Assembly: GCF_006345805.1 (NCBI RefSeq)
Contig: NC_043005.1
Coordinates: 109,120,001 to 109,184,000, forward strand
Direction of reading: 5' to 3'
DNA: 64,000 nucleotides
From: Octopus sinensis
Taxonomy: Eukaryota
Position numbers and translations under genes: made by a program. The notes under the pieces are model-generated. The model saw only the letters and a program-made list of their open reading frames with translations. It did no database searches and was not told the origin of the DNA. Of this stretch, positions 25,519 through 38,845 are shown piece by piece. Each line of letters begins with the position of its first letter. The first letter of the stretch is position 1.

Positions 25519-25875
25519 AGGCGTAGGAGTGGCTGTGTGGTAAGTAGTTTGCTTATGAACCACATGGTTCTGGGTTCATTCCCACTGCGTGGCACCTTGG
25601 GCAAGTGTCTTCTACTATAGCCTCGGGCCAATCAAAGCCTTGTGAGTGGATTTGGTAGACGGAAACGGAAAGAAGCCCGTCGTATATATGCATATGTTTG
25701 TGTGTCTGTGTTTGTCCCCCCAACATCATTTGACGACTGATGATGGTGTGTTTACGTCTCTGTAACTTAGTGGTTCAGCAAAAGAAGTCGATAGAATAAG
25801 TACTAGGCTTAGAAAGAATAAGTGCTGGGGTCGATTTGCTCGACTAAAGGCAGTGCTCCAGCAAGTAAAAGAATA
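25519..25875 (+). mobile_element. OR1-like SINE with a small deletion in the tail
   Basis: Same family. Confidence 0.85.
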
Positions 25876-25999
25876 AATGACTAAATGAATACAAAAGTGC
25901 AAAGGTTTGGAAATTTTGGGTTTCTCTTAGAAAGATCCGGTAAAATGTTTGTACATGTATCTTTCTTACTATTACACCCACTCTCTTATCCCAAAATGA

Positions 26000-27105
26000 T
26001 GGAAATTCCATCATTAAGCCAAACAAAATATGAATTCTTTGACAACTAGAGTCTTCAAGATAGCCCCAAATTGTGAACTGTCCTCACTCTCTTGTTCTTA
26101 AACCAACAACATCTTTATATAATTACGGAAGTATTGTTTCTGTTTTGTCTGGAGTTATTGATCTTGACTGGACATCTCTTAACTTGTTTCTTAGCCATTA
26201 GTGATTAGTAATAACACTATTTCATTGCATAGAAATATCAGGGCATGTGTAAGGTTCTTTGGTCCACCATCAAATGATTGCACAAACTCTACTATTTTGA
26301 GCTGTAGAAAACAAACATCAAGCTACCCACTCGCAGCTAGAATCTCTAGCCATTTTCCTTTCAAATTTAGGTTGTCGCCATTAAAGTTAGTACAAATAAA
26401 AGTAGATATGGAAGAGTTCTGTACCAGAAAAGGAATCTCTCTTGAAGTCATTCTGTTTGTAATGGCCCTCTGGAACATATCCTCAGGTGTATGACCAGGT
26501 ACTCTCATTAGCTGTCCTGACAGTACAAAAGTATCACTGGTGATTAAGAACCATTTGAGGTGTCAAAGAGCTGCACTTTGGCCTAATGAGTAGTTATGCA
26601 TCGTTGCATGCACAAATGACTAAACCATAACTAGGTGCCTACAACTGGTTGGATGGATTCTGGGATCATTTAGAACCAGAAAACAAAAAAATTATATTCT
26701 TCCTGTAGAGGACATTTACTCCCTGGAGCAAAGATAGGGAAAAAATGAAGATAGATAGATATACAAGTGTATATATATTATTTTCAATTACAAATTTTAT
26801 GACTCCCTGGAGCAGCGATAGGTAAAAATGGAGTGATTTAAGTGGAAAGTACTGGAAGGGCCTGCATCAAAATCTGGTACTGACAGCTGTTTCAATCCAT
26901 GAAATGGAAGTCACGGCATACGGTTGAAAGTCCCAACTACATCTTCTAGAAGTAGGACCAGAGAGAGAAATAGCTTATGGCTTCGCAGCACAACACTTCA
27001 ATATCCTTCCAATAAACAGAGAGTGAATGGATTCATGAAACATCTGGACAATTATTTAACTGAGTTCATAGATGAGCCTTTGTCACATCAAGAAACACAC
27101 ATTTG
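26000..27105 (+). mobile_element. Highly decayed CR1/L2-group LINE RT and C-terminus
   Basis: SSGV*PGTL resembles SGVPQG (about 26480). The C-terminal FMKHLDNYLTEFIDEP matches the pattern of the 35290 LINE end. The 5' boundary is approximate. Confidence 0.5.
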
Positions 27106-27306
27106 ACCAGGTGTACCACGTGTGAATGCAAGCATGCATGTATGTACGCATGTATGGATATCTATATGTGTGCATTGTGTGTGTATGCAAGTGTGTGTTG
27201 TGTGTATGTGTCTGTGTGTGTATGCCTAAATTTATAAACATATATACATACACGCACACAGAGACATACACACACACAGAGACATACACACACACACATA
27301 TATATA

Positions 27307-27371
<65 letters not shown>

Positions 27372-27434
27372 CAGATAGATAGACAAATAGATAGATAGAC
27401 AGACAGATAAATAGATAGATAGATATATAGATAA

Positions 27435-27474
<40 letters not shown>

Positions 27475-27515
27475 CGAGATAGATAGATAGATAGATAGAT
27501 AGATTGATAGATAGA

Positions 27516-27553
<38 letters not shown>

Positions 27554-27558
27554 CACAG

Positions 27559-27638
<80 letters not shown>

Positions 27639-28530
27639 GGATAGATTGATAGATATACAAGTGTATATATATTATTTTCAATTACAAATTTTCTGACAAT
27701 CTGTTTTCTTTCAAGTTCCATGCTACGTATCTTTAGCTGTTAAAACAGGTAATCATAGGTTTTTGGAATGAAGAAGTGGTTGTTTATTAACATTTTTTGC
27801 TGTTTATTTATTATTTGTGACTGTGTGTGCATGTGTCTCTGTTTATATGCATATCTGTATGTGGTTGTGTGCCTGTACATCACCAGATTCACTGCCTTTT
27901 ATCTCTTTACGTATCAGTCACCTCTAGCATGTCATTGCCAACATCGCCATCCTCTGCCATTCCCATTATCGCTACCCACCCCCCATCGTCATTCCCATCT
28001 CATTCTTCACTTCCTCATCATCATCATCATCATCGTCATCACCACCATCAGCACTGTGACTATCACTGTTAACATCACCATTCCTGTGAGTGTCACCGTC
28101 ATCACTATCATCATTGTCGCTGTCATCATTATCATCACAATCATCTCTAAGCTCCATATCAGTTATCATTCTCAGAACCACAGCAACAACAATAGCAACA
28201 ACTACACACATATATGTGTGTGTTATATATATATAATATATATATATATTATATATATTATATATATATATATACATATATATACATATATATCTACATA
28301 TATATATATTATATGCATATATATATATATATTTATACTTAATATATAAATATATATATATATATATTATATATGTGTGTATGCATATAAGTATGTGAGT
28401 ATATATATATATATGTGTATGTATACATACATCTATATACATATATATATATATATATACATATACATACATGCACATCACACACTCACATATATATTTG
28501 TATATATATATATATATATACATATATACA

Positions 28531-28579
<49 letters not shown>

Positions 28580-29765
28580 AATATATGTAGCAGTCTCAAC
28601 ACTGAAATTAAAAATGTACATAAAAATATTTCTGTACAAATCGGGCAGATGGGAGCTGGGGTTTTTAAGGCGACCCCCATCGCCACCCAAATAGATATAC
28701 CAATATTGTGTAGGTCTGGAGAGAAAAACCAATGATATTTCACACATCTTATTAGTTTAAATGATTTGATGATACAAAAGGAGAAAGGAAATGTGACATG
28801 CAAAAATATCATGAATGTGTTTGTCTGTGTGTGAGTGTCCATTTGTGTGTTTGTATGTGCCAATATGTGTATGTATGTATATATATATATATAATAATAT
28901 ATATATGTATATATGTATAATGTATATATAATATATATATATATATATTAATATATATATATGTATGTATAATATATATGTATGTATATGTATATATGTA
29001 TGTATGTATGTATATTACATATGTAATGTGCAAGCATGAATGTGATATATATATGCATATACATATATGTATACATATATACGCACACACATGTCTATAA
29101 TAGGTATGTATACCTATTCTATATATATATGCATGGATATGTGCATGAATGTATGTATGTATGAATGTGTCTATCTATTTATCTGTCTATCTTTCTATAT
29201 ATATATATATATTATATATTATATATAAATATATGTATATATATGTATGTATATATATATAGAGAGAGAGGGGGGGGAGAGATGATGGATAGATAGTTTG
29301 ACTGGTAGATAGGCAGATAAATAGACATACAGTTATATATATACATATATGGTAATCATACAAGACAAAGTAAATTATCTTTAGGTAAAGCAAAAAGTTC
29401 AACGTTTTGCTTTTACAGCTTTGCTACCATACTGCAATTATTCAATGACAATTACATTGATTTTAACTTTGCAATAACACAGGACTACCCTAGTCTTCTT
29501 CTGTTGTCTATATCTGCCTCCCACATTTGATAATGATTTTCGGGATAATTGACAATATATTCTGTATAATAGCATCTTCAACAAATGAAAAAAATCATCA
29601 AAATATGTCACCAACCTTATAACAAACACACATGCACACACACACACACACACATACGTGCACACGCATGCATCCACCCACCCACGCACATACATACACA
29701 AACAAACATAGGGGAAAAGAAGAGATGTATGCATATGCATATCTATGTACATATACTTCATTTAG

Positions 29766-29799
<34 letters not shown>

Positions 29800-30614
29800 A
29801 TATATATACATATATATATATATGTATATGTGTATAGATAGATAGATAGATAGATATGTATATATATGTGTATATATAATATATATATATAAATATATAT
29901 ATATGTATATACGAATAAATACACACAATATACATATATATTCACATATATATATATATATATACACATACACATGCATGCCTACACACACACACACACA
30001 TATATATGTTTATATATATACATATACACACACACACATATCTATATCTATCTATATGTATATATATATATATATATATATACATGTGTCTTTAGGTATG
30101 TGTGTTGTGTTTATGCGCATTAAATCAACACTAAAAAAAATATAAAACAAGTCGTTCAATGTAGAAACACATGAATAAAGTAAGTGTGGTGGTATGTTTT
30201 AATCATTGGAGACAGCATGAAACCTTAAGTGGTATGGTTGGAGCAGAAAAAAAATATCAGCGAGAAAAACAAGAAGATTTGGACAGCAAAAATTAAATGG
30301 AAAACACTCGAAACTATTTTAATCAAGGTATTATATATCAGTCAGCTGTCATCATCATTACTTTTAAGTTAAAATCTATGACACATTTGCATCATGGGTC
30401 ACATCATTATCATATTTGTTTGACAGCCCATGGACCTGCTGCTTGCCTGTCTGTCTGTCTGTCTGTTTATCCATCTATCTAACTATATTTGTCTATCTAT
30501 ATAACTATCTATCTAACTAGCTATCTGTCTGTCTCTCTATATATTTTCTATCTATCTATATATCTATCTATCTGTTTAAATATATATATATTAATTTATC
30601 TATCTATCTATCTT

Positions 30615-30653
<39 letters not shown>

Positions 30654-30747
30654 GCCTATCTATCCATTTATCTATCTATCTATTTATTTATCCCTTTGTC
30701 CATCTATCTATCTTCCTACCTATCTACCTACCTATCTATCTGTCTGC

Positions 30748-30804
<57 letters not shown>

Positions 30805-30847
30805 CATTTATCTATTTATCCATTTGTCCATCTACCTACCTACCTAC

Positions 30848-30924
<77 letters not shown>

Positions 30925-31395
30925 CTTCTCTCTCTCTCTATCTATCTATCTACCTATCTATCTATCTATCTATCTATCTATCTCTATCTATCTATCCATC
31001 TCCTTGTCAATCTATCAAGCTCACCAAATTGTGATTATACAGATATCGTCATTTCACTTTGCCTAGAAGGACACTTATTTACTTGTTTTTTTAGTTTTAC
31101 CACTGTTAATGTGTATATATGTATGCATGGATTTGTATGCATGAGAGTAAGAGCATATGCTTATATGTGAGTATGTGTGTGAGTATGTCATTTTTGTGTA
31201 TAATCTAGTATGAAATTAGCATCATATTTTATCATGATTTCATTTTCTACAGAATATAAAAGATATGTCCATGTTCTCTGTTAAGAGACTCCTCCTATAT
31301 ACATCCATATACATACCTACAATCATATATATATATATATATATATAATAATATATATATATATATGTATATATATATATGTATATATATATGTA

Positions 31396-31465
<70 letters not shown>

Positions 31466-31853
31466 CATACATACATATACACATTTATAAATGTGTGTAT
31501 TATATATGTGTTTACAAATATACATATATGGCTATATATATTATATATGCATATATATGTAAATATATATATGCATATATATATATGTATGCATATATAC
31601 ATACATATTTATATGTATATACATAATAAATAGACATACATACATACACACACACGCATATATATATATATACACACAGGTATCAAACTGTTATTATGTC
31701 AAATTTTGCGAGAATTTATTTGTCTCTCTGTGGAATGAAATGCAGTCTCACCACAGAAATTATATACCTGGATAAATACCTCTTTTGCATGCACCCCACA
31801 CACACGCACCTCGTATATATATATATACATATACATATATATATATTATATAT

Positions 31854-31888
<35 letters not shown>

Positions 31889-31906
31889 TATGTATGTATG
31901 CATGTA

Positions 31907-31937
<31 letters not shown>

Positions 31938-33304
31938 TGGACAATTACAATGTATACAGAAATTTATACATCGGCATATTTTTATTTCTACAGTCAGTAA
32001 TAGCAACATATTTGACTTAAATGTGTCCAATGCACGTTTCTCCTGCATAGACATCTTGCTTTTGCATTTGCACCCAGTTACATTTAGCCTCTTATTAGCC
32101 TATGCAACTTTTCCCTGACTAAATCAGTGGCTGTACATTGAATAAAGTTGCATAGACCATTAACCAGATGAATGTAATTGCCTTGGATATATACACTTTT
32201 TATAATCCAGTGAAGTGAACCTAGGATTTACCCATTGAATAAAATACATTGGGATTGCTTCTCTTGGGTAATCTTAGTTGCTCCTTAGCACTTAATGTTG
32301 TTAGCCATAACTTGGATGACAACTGAGTGCCTGAGTGCTACCTGCCTGGATACTTTATACCTATGTAGGAAGGGCATCCAGCGGTAGAAACATTGCCAGA
32401 TCAAACTGGGCCTGGTGCAGCCTTCTGGCTTCCCAGACCCCAGTTGAACCGTCCAACCCATGATAGCATGGAAAGCGGATGCTAAACGATGATGATGATG
32501 ATGATATATATATATAAATACAAAATGGGACAAGAACGCAAAACATCTGGACAACTAAGTGATACAAAAAAGGACAACAAACATCCAAATAGACGATACA
32601 AAAAACCAATGATGAGTCTTTCGAAGCTTTCTATCCTCAGTCAAGAACCAGATCATCCTCGCAGTTTTGGCTTACTAATCTTGAGATTGCTCCAATCTGC
32701 TCAGCCCCAAGGAAAAACTAAGCTAAGAGCATTAGATTCCTTGGAAGGAAGCATCGAATGTATACAAAAACAAGGACGGAAAAACAGACAAGGGTACACA
32801 AATATAAATACAATAATTGCAATATAAATACGACAGAAATAATAACAATGATAACAGGACATAACAACAGGTGTCTTTCAACTGGGGTTGAATTGAATTA
32901 AGCTGGCACATGTGGAAATGAAGCCTTACGGCAGAGATACTAAGGTTTCACAAACACAGGGAAGAATATCGATGATGCATGCACAACGGTCAGACTCTGA
33001 AAGAGTGAGCAGTAGACCGATCAGTCACGTGAGAAAAGAAGATATATATATATACACACTTGGCTATGTATTTATCATCAGTCACCTATCAAAATATCTC
33101 TCTGATGATCGCTTTGACGATGTCATTGCAACATATGTTTCACTTTCTGTGTGTATATATATGTGTGTACACCCATACATACACAAAAATGTTCACACCC
33201 AAACAAATTTGTGCATTAATAGATATTTATGCATGTGTATGCATGTAAGCTCATGCATATATAACTATGAATATATGTGTATATATATATATATATATAT
33301 GCAG

Positions 33305-33651
33305 GTATCGTTGCCAGAGTGGCTACCTGGCCTCTGTGCCGGTGGCACGTAAAAAACACCATTCGAGCGTGATTGTTACCAGCATCGCCTTACTGGCACC
33401 TGCACCGGTGGCATGTGTAAAAGATTCGAGCGAGGTTGTTGCCAGTGCCGCCTGCCTGGACCCGTGCCGGTAGCACATAAAAGCATCCACTACAGTCTCG
33501 GGGTGGTTGGCGTTAGGAAGGACATCCAGCTGTAGAAACTCTGCCAGATCAAGATTGAAGCCTGGTGCAGCCATCTGGTTTGCCAGCCCTCAGTCATACG
33601 TCCAACCCATGCCAGCATGAAAAGCGGACGTTAAACGATGATGATGATGAT
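33305..33651 (+). mobile_element. RTE-tail SINE/LINE end (OR2-like) with internal tandem hairpin units
   Basis: Ends ggcgttaggaagg.catccagctgtagaaac..cggacgttaaacg(ATG)n. Other copies at 22290-22480, 22773-22917, 21470-21625 (minus) and 32335-32503, 58140-58516 (plus). Confidence 0.75.
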
Positions 33652-33932
33652 ATACATTCATACACATACATATATTTATATATGTTCTTGTATATATCAA
33701 CATGCATCCTCTATGTTGTTCAAATAAATGCCTCTGGCCACTCCAAATTATTTCTCTAAGCTCATTTTTGTGAAATTTATGCCAATCATAAATGTGTCCT
33801 TCTCTTTTTTGTATATGTGTTTGTGTCTTTCATGTTGAAATTAAGGAAGGCCGATTACTCTGCTGATGAGATCCATTGGTGCAAAAATTTGCATCGACAG
33901 CTGTCCTCTTCTTATAAGACAATGACGATTTT

Positions 33933-34092
33933 GGCTGTGTGGTAAGTAGCTTCCTTACGAACCACATGGTTCTGGGTTCAGTCCCACTGCATAGCACCTT
34001 GGGCAAGTGTCATCTGCTATAGCTTTGGTCCGATCAAAGCCTTGTGAGTGGATTTGGTAGACAGAAGCTGAAAGAAGCCCGTTGTATATATG

Positions 34093-34125
<33 letters not shown>

Positions 34126-34335
34126 GTGTATATTGTTTGTGTGTCTGTGTTTGTCACCCCAACATCGCTTGACAACTGATGCTGGTGTGTTTACGTCCCC
34201 GTAACTTAGCGGTTCGGCAATAAGTACTAGGCTTGCAAAGAATAAGTCCTGGGTCGATTTGCTTGACTAAAGGCAGTGCTCCACCATAGCCGCTGCCAAA
34301 TGACTGAAACAAGTGAAAGAGTAAAGCGTAAAAGA
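33933..34335 (+). mobile_element. OR1-like SINE
   Basis: Same family. Confidence 0.85.
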
Positions 34336-35254
34336 GTTGTACTGATAAGATATTTCTGCATGTGTGTCAGCAGTGTGATGATTTCGGTTAGTTAAAGAAG
34401 ATGGAAATAACTCAAATTCTGTCGAGAGTTAAAATTTTTTTTATGAAAACAAACTGTTTTCTCCTTACCACAAATGACAGAAAGGTTATTTACACAGTAC
34501 AACAGTTCAACAATTGGTATGAATGGGAAATTTGAGTGGGCTGGTAAGTAACATTATAAGTGTAAAATCCCACTGGAACGATTTTGTTGATTCCAGCAGC
34601 TTTTTGGTTTAGCCATATTGTTGTCTTTCTTACCTATTGGTCTTGAGGGTACAACCAGTCTTGTGCTACAACTTCTTGCTAGTGGCAAAAGAAAGCTCTA
34701 CTTATACCTATTCCTTTCAAAGAGGAAACGGTGCCAAAAGATGTAATTGTTAATGGAATCCATTTTACTAGATATATGACTGGTCATCAATAATTGAATG
34801 AATTGTGTTCATATTGCATAATTGTTTTTGCTCAAGTTTCAGTAATCCAGATTCAAGTTCTAAGTGTTCTGAGACTGCCAAATATTTCTGCTACACCTTT
34901 ATGATCCATTCATCCATTTTTACAGTTCACTATTCCTGAAAGGATCATTGTAGTGAAATCTCAGACACCTTCTCCATACGGTCCTATCAGAAGCAACCAG
35001 CATTAAAGATTCACAAAGTGACATAAATTATTCTATTACATATTTCAATATAACCTAAATAATTTTGATTATTTTTAAATGAACCAAAAATAAATTTATT
35101 CAATTAAAGTGAAATTGTTGTCTAGAAAAACAGGAATGATTTTCTTGGTCACCTCATATTTAAGAATAACTGGTTTTGGTATGACAGAGCTAGAAATTTC
35201 CTTTTATAGAATATACAACTTGATATTTTGAATGGGTAACATCTGCCTTTCATG

Positions 35255-35612
35255 CAAACTGGTGCTCGTGGTTTGCACTGATAAAAGTTAATCCCTACAA
35301 GATGATTGTGGATACAGTAAACAGCTCTTCAATATCCTCCCGAAGAACCTGAGAGACCTGCATGGGGTGGATGCAGATGTCTTTAAAATAAAGCAGGACC
35401 TCTTCCTGTCAGGTGTCCTAGATGAACCAACTTCACGGCAGGAGGTGCAGATGAGGGCAGCTGCATCGAACTCTCTCATGCACCAAATGTCAATTGCTAA
35501 AAAGCATTTGTGAAGTAAAATCATGTAGCAACACCAAATGGCGGTGCCCCAGCATGGCCACAGCTCGTGAGCTGAAACTAGATGAAATGAAATGAAATAA
35601 AATAAAGAGAAA
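35255..35612 (+). mobile_element. 3' end of a CR1/L2-group LINE with a tail shared with the OR1-like SINEs
   Basis: QLFNILPKNLRDLHGVDADVFKIKQDLFLSGVLDEPTSRQ..AASNSL, then ggcggtgccccagcatggccacagctc..gagctgaaacta and (GAAAT)n. Confidence 0.8.
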
Positions 35613-36879
35613 TGATCTGTCATTGGCAGCAGAAATCAAACGTTTTGGATATTTATTCATCTTCAGACAAAAAAAAATATAGATACTAATATCATGGTTG
35701 AAAAATTATAGATCCTATACTTTTTTATATATAAAGAACAAATGACCAAAGCTTTGTATATTTCATGCTTCTTGGCAATCGATTTAATGTACTTCATTTG
35801 TAATCTACAAACTTTTATAAATATTTTAGGCTGGACTTGAATATTTCAAGACAAGAAGCTCCATAGTCATCCATTTTGACTTCATAGAGTTCATGTTGAT
35901 ATTAACAGTGTTTCTGATGTCAGTGCGATTCCTGTTATTGCTCCTACTAATGTAGATGCTATTCAACCCTACTTTGGCTCTTGTCAAGTTGCCAATAATC
36001 AAAAGGTGTTTTAGACTGACCATATAGCATTTCTGTTTTTAAACATCAAGGTCTATACTGCCAAATGCTTTGTTTAAGATGGTAGAGTGCTATATGGTGA
36101 GATTTCGTTGCTATTTCAAGCAAATTGACTAACTGAATAGAGAGCGTCATCAGCCCAAGTTTTTGAACAGTTCCCTCTGGTATGCTACGTTGCAGACTTC
36201 AAAACCAAACTGAGCTGAATCCTAGACAAAAAGGTTTAGAGATCAAAAATAGTATATCTTCCACAGAGCACATTTACTTTCCACCGTTCGAAAGTTCTAA
36301 TTTTTTGTATTTCATTCACTATGTATCTGGTTTCTTTAATGAGACAGGTCTACGAAAATGGCTCAAAGCTCAGGGCACAAAGGCAAATGGAAGCATAACA
36401 GTCATCAGCCTTTCTGCAGTCTTCTTGACCCACAACAAAAAGCAGCAAAATTTCCCTCACATCTTAGTCTGCTATTTTGAAAGAAGGACACATTGATTAC
36501 TGTAGTACGAAATGTACACTGCTTGACAAAAAGTTGTAAGGGTCATGAATGGAATGGTTTTGCTCATTAGTCTGATCAGATAGGTTTAACCTCTGACTGG
36601 ACAACAACACAACTTGACTGTTTCAGGCTTCTATTTCACAATTCTTGAGCCAGTATTTTCAAGTGTGAGTTCAAATGCACCATACAAGTATTAAGGCCCC
36701 CATTCAATTCTTTTATAAAATATGTTGATATTATATATTTAGTAATTTTATGTGATATGATTACTTAAAATTTAAAAAAATACATACAATACATACTTTT
36801 GAATTTGTTTTTGACTTCAAGTTTTTAGTGTTAGGTGTTAAATTCATTATTAGAAATGGAAGAGAATTCTTCAAATTTT

Positions 36880-37760
36880 TAATCTTCCTTTTCTTTTTTA
36901 ATCAGTCTCATGGAAGGAAATGTTTGTTCACATCTGTACATCGTTCCTAAATGATAGATATAATCTGGATAAATTTTCTTAGTTCTGAAAAATATTCACG
37001 AGGGAATCTCTGCCAGAAATTAATCATGTCAGCAGCAATTTGTAACTGATGGAAACTCTTCAAATTTCATTTCAATAATGAATTTTGTTTTCATAAGTTC
37101 CATTTGCCTTATGTAATTTACGCATTTTCAGGATTTATTTTTTGTTAAATTTGTTACAAACCTATTTGCAGTTTAAGAAAAAAAATTACTTTCAAATAAC
37201 TATTGCAATAACAGGGTTTCTGTTTTCAACATATTTACGTAAAGTTCCCCATATCCTCAGCCCATTCACTCTAGTCTTCCAAGTGCAGAAATTATTTCAA
37301 ATCTTTTCAACTGAATGATGATGAACATTTTAAATTTCATATTGAATGCATTGATCTCACTCGCTACACTCGGAAACAAACTGTTCTTGTCCTGTAGTTT
37401 CAAATTTAGACCAGAGCTAGCTGGTTAATTAACTAGAAATGCTAAATCAATTAATCAACTGTTATTACATAAAAGACCTCTTTGGGCAGCTCATATTTCT
37501 TTTCTAGAAAATTATTGAAATATGGTTTCAACTTAGCATCATTTATCCATATATAAATTCTTTGAAAAGGGAAATTTGTCTTCATTCTTAAGATATTTTT
37601 ATCACTAAGTCATTTTACAAATACTTGAAGACAAGGTTTAATGATTTCTTATCCCTCAGAAAAGGCTTTCCAACACTTAAACTATGTTATAGGATATTTC
37701 TTTCATCAAACTTCGATAATTTCTCTCAACAAATATATTTCATCTTTGATTCCTCCCTTA
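36880..37760 (-). mobile_element. Decayed hAT (Charlie/Buster, GTF2IRD2-like) transposase
   Basis: Minus-strand remnants DLAFLV..NLKLQDKNSLFPS..INAFNMK and DMINFW..FSELRKF / GTMYRCEQTFPSMRLIK (hAT dimerization domain). Many stops and frameshifts. Confidence 0.7.
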
Positions 37761-37844
37761 TTACTTAGTCTTCCAAAGACTAAGAAACTTCTAAAGTTCT
37801 GTAACTAACTGCAGTATTTTTTCTATTTTGGTCTGATTCTTTCG

Positions 37845-38141
37845 TTTCTTGTATCTATTGACTGCAGCCATGCTGGAGCACCACATTTAGTTGAACAAAT
37901 TGACTCCAGGACTTATTCTTTGTAAAAATAGTACTTATTCTATCGGTCTGTTTTGCCGAAGTTATGGGACATAAACACACCAACATTAGCTGTCAAACGA
38001 TGGTGAGGGAACAAATAACAGACATACATATATATATATATATATATTTATAATATATGAATGTATATATATGTGTATATATATATATAATATGTATGTA
38101 TATATAAATGTGTATATATTATGTATGTATATTTATGTGTG

Positions 38142-38172
<31 letters not shown>

Positions 38173-38333
38173 ATACGATGAGCTTCCTTCAGTTTCTGTC
38201 TACCAAATCCATTCATAAGGCTTTGGTCAGCCTGAGGCTATAGTAGATGACACTTGCCCAAGGTGCCATGCAGTGAGACTGAACCAGGAACCATGTGGTC
38301 GGGAAGCAAGATCTTACCACATAGTCACTCCTG
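37845..38333 (-). mobile_element. OR1-like SINE with expanded central TA tract
   Basis: Same family. Confidence 0.8.
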
Positions 38334-38634
38334 CATTGTTATAATTGTGCATTGCTTTCAGTATTAGTATGAGTAGTTTAAAATATTGGTGTGTGCAGGG
38401 GTTCCTGCAGTCTGAGGTGTTTTAGGTGGATGTCTGCAATTTTCTATGGTCTCAAGACGTTTTTAAGATTTTAGATTCCCTTATAGCTTCTTGGGTGTTT
38501 AATGGAAGGAAGGGTTAAAACACTTGTCTCAGGCAAAGGTAGGCATTTCTTGAAAATCAGGCAGCCATGTAGAGGCTTCCTAAATGGGTGGTACTTGTTG
38601 TTGCTGTTGTTGTTATTACATATCATATTCTAAG

Positions 38635-38845
38635 GCAACGAGCTGGCAGAATTATTAGCATGCCAGGCAAAATGCTTAACTATTTCATCCACAGTTACAT
38701 ACCGAGTTAAATTCCGCCAAGGTCGACTTTGCCTTTCATTCTTTTATGGTTGATAAATTAAGTACCAGTGAAATACTGGGGTCCATGCAATCGACTAGCT
38801 CTCTCCCCCAAAATTCCAGGCCTGTAGTAGAAGGGATTATATATC
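38635..38845 (+). mobile_element. Nin/Deu-domain tRNA-SINE
   Basis: gtcgactttgcctttcattcttttatggttgataaattaagtaccag resembles the Nin/Deu domain (gcctttcatcctttcggggtcgataaa.tgagtacc). Confidence 0.7.

Noticed and set aside
32611-32645. Minus-strand CTGAGGA..GAAAGACTC motif
   Set aside because: Stems I and II do not pair in register.
33858-33912. CTGATGA gat..atc GACA gctgtc hammerhead-like motif
   Set aside because: GAAA is broken and the stem I strands are not complementary; at best a dead relic.
36182-36496. 104-aa ORF in unique sequence
   Set aside because: No recognisable motif and no consistent splice structure; the length is compatible with chance.
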